From Utricularia gibba (taxonomy: Eukaryota > Plantae > Magnoliophyta): DNA of 35,972 nt. The position numbers and the translations under genes are program-made. The DNA lies in assembly GCA_002189035.1 (NCBI GenBank), contig NEEC01000089.1, positions 1 through 35,972 on the forward strand, written 5' to 3'. The notes below the pieces were generated by a model. That model did no database searches, was not told the DNA's origin, and worked only from the letters and a program-made list of their open reading frames with translations. This document shows positions 23,495-32,716 of the stretch, piece by piece (within the stretch, counting starts at the first letter, position 1; each line of letters opens with the position of its first letter).

Positions 23495-26335
23495 TCAGTC
23501 TGCAATGACCCACGTCAGATCGTTCTCGAAGATCCAGTGGCAGACCTCGATCTTCCCGGGACTGGAACCCAACGAAACGAAGGCGGCGTGATCGGCGCTC
23601 CAGGAAGAGGTATCCTCGTGGCAGATGGCCACCGCATGGTTGATCTTGGACTTGGTTTTTGCATCCAGGATATCGGCTTCGTAGACGCGGATGCCGTTCA
23701 CCGAGTGGCAGTAGTAGAGTAGGTAGGGATACAGGCTCTGGTGGCACGAAACGGACTTGGTCAATCTCCCGCCGTTGATGGCTTTCACATCACCCAGCAG
23801 GACATTGGTGTTGGATCCGGCCTTGTTTTCCATTGTACGGGCGACCACCTTCTGGCCCAGCACCAGGGTGGCGAAGTCGACCATGCCCTCGATCGACGCC
23901 ACGCACCGCTTCGTCTCGCCCACGTTGGGCTCCCGCTCGCAGTCTCCGAGTGCCTCGGTGAACATTTTGGACATGCTTGAGTCGTCGCCGGCGTGAAAGA
24001 TCTTCTTGATATCAGGCAGCTTGGAGGAGGCGAAGGGCAGCTTTGAGACGATGGCGCGCGGCAGGAACGACCTTGCCGGCTTCTTGTCGGTGAAGTCGGG
24101 CATGGTTATCTCGGCTCCCGGCTTCAGCGTCGCCTCCCTGAAGAAGATCCCCGGCGGCACCCAATTGGTAACCTTTTTACTATCCCCCGTTTCCTTCTTG
24201 TAGTGGTTATAGCGCTTAAAGCGAATATCAGTGTCAACCCCTCGCTGTTAAAAAAAAAAGTTACCCTTCGGAATTTAACCATAACAACATTTTTTCCCAC
24301 GGTAAAAACTTTCTTACCGCAGCATCTACTTGGCTGTCCTTGTGGTAGTGGTTGATATCCACCAATTGAGCCGCGGTGAATTCCTGAAAGGAAAAAGAGT
24401 TAAAAAATTTCTATCCCTCTGCTTATTAAATTTCACCTCGGTTTACCTCTTTGTGTCCTCCCTTTTGGTGATAGTGTGTGAAGCTAATATCCGGCTTCAC
24501 TTCTTCCTGCTTAAACGATCAAAACAATTCATAAGCAGTAAAAAACTTTAGTCACCTTCGGGCAACCGGTTTACCTTCTTGTGGCCACCCTTTTGGTGGT
24601 AGCGTGAAAACCTGATATCTGTGACCTCGGGCTTCACCTCCTCTTCCTGTGAACATGAAGACCGGTAACGTTAAAAAAAAAAAAAAAGTAAAATCTTGTT
24701 GTTACTGTTAGAGGTTGGTATTTTTTAATTTACCTGTTTGTGACCTCCCTTTTGATGGTAATGGTTGAAGCTGATGTCCTTGACTGCTTCAGGCTTTATC
24801 TCGTCTTCCTGTAATAATATACAGTAAATTAGTTAAAATTCTTTTTTTAACCTTTAATATTCTTCCTTTTTTTAGAAAAATAATTATTTCTTAATAGAAA
24901 AAGCAACGAATTTTATAACTAATTTACCATTTTGTGGCCACCCTTTTGGTGGTAACGGTGAAAGCTGATATCTTGGACTGCCTCAGGCTTTATCTCGTCT
25001 TCCTGTAATAATATACTGTAAATTAGTAAAAATTCTTTTTTTTAACCTTTAATATTCTCCCTTTTTTTAGAAAAATAATTATTTCTTCATAGAAAAAGCA
25101 ACGAATTTTATAACTAATTTACCATTTTGTGGCCACCCTTTTGGTGGTAACGGTGAAAGCTGATATCTTGGACTGCCTCAGGCTTTATCTCGTCTTCCTG
25201 TAATAATATACTGTAAATTAGTAAAAATTCTTTTTTTTAACCTTTAATATTCTCCCTTTTTTTAGAAAAATAATTATTTCTTCATAGAAAAAGCAACGAA
25301 TTTTATAACTAATTTACCATTTTGTGGCCACCCTTTTGGTGGTAACGGTGAAAGCTGATATCTTGGACTGCCTCAGGCTTTATCTCGTCTTCCTGTAATA
25401 ATATACTGTAAATTAGTAAAAATTCTTTTTTTTAACCTTTAATATTCTCCCTTTTTTAGAAAAATAATTATTTCTTGATAGAAAAAGCAACGAATTTTAT
25501 AGTTAATTTACCATTTTGTGGCCACCGTGTTGGTGGTAACGGTGGAAGCTGATGTCCTTGACTGCCTCAGGCTTTATCTCGTCTTCCTGTAATAATATAC
25601 AATAAATTAGTAAAAATTCTTTTTTTAACCATAAATGTCTTCCTTTTTTAAAAAAACTAACTATTTATTAATAAAAATGAATTTTAAAATTAAATTACCA
25701 TTTTGTGGCCACCCTTTTGGTGGTAACGGTGGAAGCTGATATCCTTGGCAACAAGCCTTGCATCTTCCTGTTAAAAGAAGCGGGTAAAAGTAAATACATA
25801 TTAAAACAGTAAAAATTATTTACCCTTTCATTATGTAACGTTTTACCTGCTGGTGATCATCGGTAGATCGGGGCGGTAATGGTTGTAGCCGTGAAAATCG
25901 ATGTCCGACGTCTTCTCGGTGGCGCTGCCGGCGGAATTAGGAAAGCACATAAGGTTGGCCTGTGAACAGAGCTCCGGCATGTGGGCCGACAGGGCGTTCT
26001 GATCGTCGGCGATCTTGTTGAAGGTGGCGTATTGGGCAGCGGTGAGCGGGGACGCCTTATCCATCAGAAACTCGGACTTGGGTAGACCGGTGGTGACGTG
26101 CTTCTCCCAGTAGCTCAGGGCATAAGCTTTGGGCGTCAACAGGTTCTCAACTCCGATAACCCCGACCACCTTCAATCATTAAATACAGAATAATGCTTGG
26201 GTTTTGGGGAAGCCACAGTAAAGGAAAAAGATTTCTTACATTGGAGATCAGAACGGAGGCGAGGATGCACAGCAACGTGAGCCGGTGGTGGAGCGGCTGA
26301 GGAGAAGGGGCGCCGGCCGAGGATATGGCAGACAT
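23495..26335 (-). CDS. BURP copy E, 12 exons, about 603 aa if one 1-bp deletion near 25865 is corrected; exons 26335-26240, 26169-25847, 25767-25699, 25586-25512, 25392-25318, 25197-25123, 25002-24928, 24808-24734, 24646-24575, 24506-24447, 24383-24318, 24244-23495
   Basis: Nine mini-exons of 69, 75, 75, 75, 75, 75, 72, 60 and 66 bp. Each is bounded by cag|GAA and |gtaa, is phase 0 and is stop-free. The terminal 750-bp exon carries an intact BURP domain. Exon 2 is 323 bp, one base short of phase 0. Not supported by transcript data here. Confidence 0.75.
24734..25767 (-). repeat. Tandem exon+intron repeat with a 194-195 bp period inside BURP copy E
   Basis: Exon starts at 25586, 25392, 25197, 25002 and 24808. 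The exons at 25392, 25197 and 25002 and the two introns between them are nucleotide-identical. Confidence 0.95.
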
Positions 26336-26400
26336 GGCCGATTGTAGAGAAGAGAAGGGGAACCAAGTGAGGATGCAGGAACTGAAACGAAGCAGCTTCC

Positions 26401-26406
26401 TTTATA
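26401..26406 (-). promoter_or_regulatory. TATA box of BURP copy E
   Basis: TATAAA about 66 bp upstream of the ATG, same context as C and D. Confidence 0.55.
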
Positions 26407-26544
26407 GTGTCATTGGGCAGGCAGTGGCGGCTGAGTGCATTGCATGGAGAAATGGACATGTGATTGGTTACCCATCAATTATTGAAGAAAATCAAGAAAC
26501 TGAACATGCAAGAATACATGTATCCTGAGCCATGTTCCGCGATA

Positions 26545-26870
26545 TGCAGCTGATGTTGATGCTGGAAGTGCTGGTGTTTATCATCAACATCAGATTCCAC
26601 TATGGAAAATGTCATTCGAGCGAAGACACAGGCATTGAAATGTCCAAGTGCTATTCTCCACACAGCAACTCTGTAGCTTGAATGTATGTAAACTGAATGC
26701 ACATGAATGGAAGGATGCCTGACACTGAGGCAAGGAGAACGCCGCCATTATTGAACTGGGGTCCCATTCGAGTTAACTTCTATGAATGAAAGGACTTTTT
26801 TATTGTGACCCAAGGCAAGAGCTTTAGCAACTGCACCAGTTGAAGGTGGATGCATCATTTCTTCTTTCTA
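26545..26870. repeat. Intergenic island I, copy 3 (diverged)
   Basis: gaagtgctggtgtttatcatcaacatcag, gcgaagac, attattgaactggg and gcaactgcaccagttgaaggtggat blocks. Confidence 0.7.
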
Positions 26871-27524
26871 GTTGTTATTGTTGGAAATATGGTATACTAG
26901 AAGATGCGTAAAATTTCATATTATTAATTGAAATTTATTTTAACTAGTTTATATAAAATGAAACTTCATTTATCACTTGACGATGAAATAGTATCACGTA
27001 CACATAGAGTCTAAGTGTGTAGTGTATGCAACTTAATTAATAAATTCTATTTAATTCATAAGTAGAAGTTATTGTACGAATATATACAAAATAAGTAAAA
27101 GTAGTCTATTTAAAATTAATTAAATTAATTATTAAATAAATCACATTTTATCAACTTATGTGATAAGTAATAGATATAGTTAAAATTGAAATAAGTTAAG
27201 AATAAATAAAAGTAGAATTAGAAGTTATGTTTAATAAAAGTTAGAGGTATTATGTAAAACAATAACTTTACTTTATGTCATAAGTAAAATAAGTCACAAA
27301 CTACCGTCTAATTTGTTAGATTGGGATTAGGCTTTTAGAACCCAAAAGGCTACGCATACAGGGGGTGTAAATCCGATTTCGAAAGTCAATCAGGGTTAGA
27401 TGGGTACGTATTCAACCATGTTCTTGACAGATCTATTAAATCCTGAGGGATTAAGAAATCCATTAACATATACTGAGACTTTGATCGTTTTTGGCTGTTG
27501 GTATTCAAAGAAACTCAGTCTCCG

Positions 27525-27870
27525 GGATTGGTTTCCTCTACAATCCCTATCATAGCATTCTCTCCGGCGAAATCTGATGCAGGGCATGGAAATTGGAATG
27601 AAATGAACCTGCTGTAGGTGCCAATGCTTCGAGACCTGTAGCTAATACTGAGAATCCGTTTGTCGTGTCTGCATACCCATTTTTACGATGCAGTGAACTC
27701 GCACACAGATATTTCGAAATGTGTGGTCTTTGATCGGTGATCATGTGGGGAGTGGGCCCTGCCTGCCTATTGGAAAAGAGCAACACGACGGAATCTGCAA
27801 TCCTATCTCGTGACGAGCCAACCTGCTTCTCCTCTCTCAAGCTCACGGAGGAGGAGAGCCTTACGTTTCT
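27525..27870. repeat. Intergenic island II, copy 4 (diverged)
   Basis: aatactgagaatccgtttgtcg, ggaaaagagcaacacgacggaatctgc and ccaacctgcttctc blocks. Confidence 0.7.
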
Positions 27871-28956
27871 CTTGTACACAACACACACACACAACTTTTA
27901 GCACGTGTTTTCCAACCCGCCAGACCCAAAGATACCATCTTATATATACATTAAGTAGTGTTCTAAAATCTTTAGAATTTATTTTTACTTTTTTAAAACT
28001 ATTTTTTAAAAATAGAAATGATAATTAAAAGTAAATTATTAATTATTTTTTTAAAATTAACTTTTGTAATATAATTTCAAAAGTATTTTTTGATATAATT
28101 TCTTTTAAAATTGTTATTGTTCTATAACAAAATTATTTTTATTTTTAAAAAATAGAAATAAAGTTCAAAAATTTTACATTAACACTGTTTTATATTATAT
28201 TAAAAAATTTTAAAATTTATTATTTCACATTACTTTTAAGAATTTTCAATATAATAACTTTTCCTTCAAAATAAAATATTCAACTTAATAGTACATATTA
28301 ATATTGAATTAATTAATTAGATTTTTCGTTAATGATGAAATACAATATCATTTTTTTATTTCAAAATATTTTTTATTCAATTCTTTATTATAATATTTTA
28401 ATAATATTCTATATGAACACACAAATATTTATTTTTAAACTAGTTATTTTTATGTAAATTAATTACTATTTGATGATATGTCTTTTAGAAAATCGTTTTT
28501 GATAAGAGTATCTTTACTTATTTTTGGAAATGCTGACATTGGCATTTCCGAAAATTGAGTAATTAAGTTTCTATTACGTTTGTATTTATTTTCGGAAATC
28601 ATAATATTAAAATAATATTAAAATAAATATTATAAGCTACATTTTAAGCTATTTTAGGAATGAAATCAGGTTTTATTATTTTCGTTTCTAAAAAAAATAA
28701 GAAACAAATTTACTTATTTACGAAAACATTTGCCCTATTTTCGAAAAAATCACATCAATATTTACAAAAATAAATAAAGATGCTTTAATACATATTAAAT
28801 GTAAAAATTTAAGTTTTACAACTTTTTTAAAAATAAAAAATTACAATTTAAATGTCATTTATGTCTAGTCGTAATAAAAAAAACTCAGAAAATCAACCGT
28901 AAACCCTAAAAAACGCAAGAAATGAAATCGATTCCTGTAGGAGAAGAACGACACCC

Positions 28957-29147
28957 CATCCAACACTTTGGCTGCATACCCCCCGCCCGCCACCATTAGA
29001 ATCCAAGAACCGGAATTGATATCATCCAACACTTTGGCTGCATACCCCCGCCCGCCACCATTAGAATCCAAGAACCGGAATTGATATCATTCAAAACTTT
29101 GGCTGCATACCCTCGTCACCATTAGAATCCAAGAATCCGAATTGATC
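28957..29147. repeat. Tandem repeat, 3 x about 65 bp
   Basis: ccaacactttggctgcatacccc..cgcccgccaccattagaatccaagaaccggaattgatatcat starting at about 28960, 29026 and 29091. Confidence 0.9.
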
Positions 29148-29729
29148 TCCCGGGCCCAAATTCGAACGAAAGGATTTCCACCCATCACAGCTGATAGGTA
29201 ATTACTTGTTCAGTGAGGTGTCGTCGGGTCTATCTTCTTCCCCCCTCACCCCGCGCTGTTGTCTTTCTTTCTTTTCGTTTCTGAAGTTGTCGTTCTGGTT
29301 TTTTCATCAGATTGTGGGAATTGGAATCCTGTTTTCCTCCCGACAGAGCAGTTTTGTGGCGTGGATCCCGACGTCTCCGGCGGAGTTGATTCCGATCAGT
29401 GAAAATTGAACGCACGGATGAAGGAAGGATGGATAGATACTATCAACGTCGGGAATAATAATTCACTCACATGGGCAATAATTAATAAATAACCTTTGAG
29501 CACGTGCGACAGCAGACACCCATTGACTCGGTACGAGTAGAGGTGGATGGGTACGGGTTCGACCCATTAACCCGTAATGGGAATCGTTGCATTTTACGCG
29601 TGGGAACGGGAGGGGTAAATCTAACCACCCTCACTTTATCTCATACACAGCATGTACAAAAAAATATATAGAGGAATGTGGGTAGATTTCTCATACCTTA
29701 ATAATACAGTGGGTATTTTTTAAAAAAAC

Positions 29730-30226
29730 TCGGCGGAGAAGCCTGGGTCTCGGAACGCCGGCAGCAGAAATGTTATCTGCGAAGCAACCTGTGATTTAGA
29801 AAAGTGGCCACTGTCATTCACTATGTGAGAAAAGTGATCATCCTACGTATAAAATTTTTGACTTAGTGTGAGAGAGGTGGGCAGGATAGCCACTTTTCTA
29901 AATGGCCCGCGAAGCAACACAGGGGGTTGCTGGGGCTCAGGATTGTCGATGAGCATAGGAAGGTGAAGAGGGAAGTCAAGTGGAGGATCGAGGAACCGGG
30001 GGCGCTTCAACACTGAAGGAAGATGAGAATGAGGGAAGTGAGCGATGAGTGGATCGAGTACGAGTTCAACTTGCCATGGATTGACGCGATCCACGTTCTG
30101 TAGAAAATCGGGCACATCCCAAGTCACCTGCAATTGGATTCAGTTTTATTAAAAAGGAAAAAAAAAAGCTTCAATTCAAAGATGAATCTGCGTTACCTTA
30201 AGAAGTTTCCATGGGGAGGCAGGCCA
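29730..30226 (-). pseudogene. Fragment of an ARF10/16/17-type auxin response factor gene with a retained 69-bp intron (30196-30128), a frameshift and a TE insertion
   Basis: WPASPWKLLK|gtaacg...ttgcag|VTWDVPDFLQNVDRVNPWQVELV matches the ARF-domain end WPxSPWRLLQ|VTWDEPDLLQNVKRVSPW, including the intron position as I recall it. It continues with KRPRF..DFP and SNPLCCFADNI. No B3 domain is present. Confidence 0.8.
29789..29908. mobile_element. 120-bp Mutator-like non-autonomous element (MITE-like)
   Basis: 10-bp direct repeat GCGAAGCAAC at 29779-29788 and 29909-29918, consistent with a target-site duplication. Perfect 15-bp inverted repeat atttagaaaagtggc (29794-29808 / 29889-29903). Removing the element restores the ARF reading PLCCFADN. 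Confidence 0.75.
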
Positions 30227-30683
30227 TTTTTGTTTTCTACAAAAAATCTTCACTTGAACCCCCCTTTCCTCCTTTACTGTAATCTGAGTTTTTTGTCATG
30301 TTAATGTTTTGATGAGATGAGTTTTATCCCTTCGTACATGTTATGTTTTGTCCTGGCCCATATCCAAGGTCCAAGATACATAAGACATGACAACTCGAGA
30401 TGACACAAAAATAGAGAAAAAAAAATTCAAAAATGAATGAAAGCAAAGTCTATTTAAATAACATATAATTTAAAAATCTAATGTTATCCCATTTATAAGT
30501 ATTATTATATTTTTCATTAGGGTTTGACCAGAAGGGGAGCACGTGGCCTTTTGGGACATGATTGTGATATTTCATAGAGGTAAACCGACCATATAAGTCC
30601 ATACCATACCTTGTGCTATTAACACACGCACACGCACACACCAGGGGAAATAAGTTTGGGCCGGGTTCATCGGGCCGGCCCAT

Positions 30684-32655
30684 TTAATCCGCGACGACCC
30701 ATGTCATATCGTTCTCGAAGATCCAATGACACACTTCGATCTTACCCGGGCTGGGGCCCAAGGCGATGAAGGCCCCATGATCTGGGCTCCATGAGGAGGT
30801 GTCCAGGTGGCAAATAGCCACGCCGTGGTTGATCTTGGACCGGGTGTTCGGGTCCAGGATATCCGCTTCGTAGACCCGGACCTTGGGAACCGAATGGCAG
30901 TAGTAGAGCATGTACGGATACAGGCTTTGGTGGCACGACACCGACATCGTGACGTTGCCACCGTTGATCCCTTTTACTTCGCCCAGTAAGACTTGAGAGT
31001 TGGCGCCGGCGGTTGTGTCGGTGGAGCGTACCGTCACGCTCCGGCCCAACACGGACGTCGCGAAGTCGATCATGTCCTCGATGGACGCCACGCACCGCTT
31101 CGTTTCACCCGCACTCGGGGCGCGTTCGCAGTCGTGCAGCGCATCGACGGCCATTTTAGAAATGCTTGATTCCTCCCCTGCATGGAAAATCTTCTTGATC
31201 TCGTGCATCTTTGAGGATGAAAACGGCAGCTTCGAGACGATGCCGCGCGGCAAGAATGATCTTTTCGGCATCTTGTCTCGGATGTCCGGCATCGGCATTA
31301 GAGTGCCCTCTTTCAGCATCGCCTCCCTGAAGAATTTCCCCGGTTCCACCCATTTGCTTACCTTTGTTGCGTCCACGGATGCTGCCGGAGGTGAGCTGTC
31401 GTTGCGGTAACTGGAGAATGTGGTGGGGGTGGCCTTGTCGTACTCTTTGAACGTGTTGTTCACACCGTATATCTTGAAATCGACGGTTGTGGCCTTGGCG
31501 CCTTTGCCGTAGCCGGTGAATTTGTCGGTGCCCTCGTTGAAACTTTGGCCGTAATTCACGAATCCCAACTCCGAGCTGCTAGATCCCTTGCCGTAGGATT
31601 CGAAACTGTCATCCCCGACGTTGGATTGATTTCTGTAACTTTTGAAAGTATCTGAAGCACCGCTTCCGCCGGTGCCGTAGTTGCGGAAATTATTCTGCGG
31701 CACGTTGCCGTCGTCCCCGTAAGAGGTGAATGTATCATTTGCTTCTTTACCATGCTCCCCGTAGTTCCTGAAATTGCTGCCGATTACGTTGGATAATCCA
31801 CCTCCGTAGCTTGTGAATGTGTTGTCGATGTCGCTACCCTTCTTCCCGTAGCTAGCGAATGTCTGGTCTCCGGCGTTGGCTTCGTCGGAATAGGAGGTGA
31901 ATTGTTGATCCCGGTCATTGCCTCCATCGGAATAGGATGCGAATCTGAGATTGGGGTTGTTCGTTTGCTTGCCGTAATTACTGAATTGGCCCTCACCCCC
32001 GCCGGCGCTGGTTCCGTAGGTGTTGAAGTTCTGGTCCACGACGTTGGAACCAGTGGCGTAGGCCACAAAACCATCGTTGTGGTCGGTGGAGTCGCGACTG
32101 TAGCGCCGGAAAGTATTCACAACCACGTTACCGTTTTCAGAGTATTTCTGGAAAGCATCGGCTCCTTTTACGCGGCCATCCCCGTAGCTGGTGAAGTTCT
32201 GTTCCGTATAACTCGCGAAATTAACATCGGTATCATGCTTCGCCAAACTCGGCGACAGATCAGGGAAACACAAGAGCTTCGCTCGTGCACAGAATTCCGG
32301 CAATTGCGCCGAAAGCGCGTTCCTATCGCCAGCGATTTTACTGAAGGCGGCGTACTGCGCCGCCGTCAGCGGCGACGCCTTGTCAATCAGAAGCGCCGGT
32401 TTCGGTAAATCATTGGCAATCCGTTTCTCCCAATACCGTAGCAGATAACCTCTGGGTGTGAACGGATTTGAATCCGCCAGGCGTCTTCCACCGGATACCT
32501 GCAGCAAGCCACACAGAAATCAGTGAGGATTCATTCCGGATACCGAACTTAATTCCGTTGCTAACCTCGGAAATCGAAATGCAAGCGATGAAAAGGAAGC
32601 ACAAGAGCCGACGGGCCGGAGATGAAGCCGACGCCGCGTGGGAAACGATCCCCAT
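30684..32655 (-). CDS. PG1beta: BURP copy F: canonical polygalacturonase non-catalytic beta subunit (PG1beta/AroGP-like), 634 aa; exons 32655-32566, 32498-30684
   Basis: Signal exon, NPFTPRGYLLRYW pro-region, 21 FxxY motifs counted by hand (FASY ... FSSY), and a BURP domain with CHQ, CHS, CHL, CHW. Confidence 0.95.
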
Positions 32656-32710
32656 TTTCGCTTTCAGAAGAAGAGAACCGTTGATGCATTTCCTACAAAC
32701 CACCCTTCTT

Positions 32711-32716
32711 TTTATA
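32711..32716 (-). promoter_or_regulatory. TATA box of PG1beta copy F
   Basis: TATAAA about 56 bp upstream of the ATG. Confidence 0.5.

Noticed and set aside
24318-25767. Repeat-spacer pattern resembling a CRISPR array
   Set aside because: Eukaryotic context. The spacers are themselves near-identical AT-rich introns with GT-AG ends, and the repeats are in-frame exons.
23495-26335. Assignment of copy E to a known burpitide class (lyciumin, moroidin, stephanotic acid)
   Set aside because: The repeats contain no Trp and no Gln-initiated core of the known types.
28865-29071. 68-aa ORF with GYAAKVLD repeats
   Set aside because: A by-product of the 65-bp tandem repeat, whose period is not a constant multiple of 3.
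29740-29760. Functional miR160 target site
   Set aside because: Seven mismatches to the canonical 21-nt site; only a decayed remnant.
8490-32408. Many plus-strand and off-frame ORFs overlapping the BURP genes (e.g. 10339-10650, 15773-16078, 19191-19496, 31000-31410, 31902-32408)
   Set aside because: Shadow ORFs of GC-rich coding sequence; they recur only because the BURP genes are duplicated.
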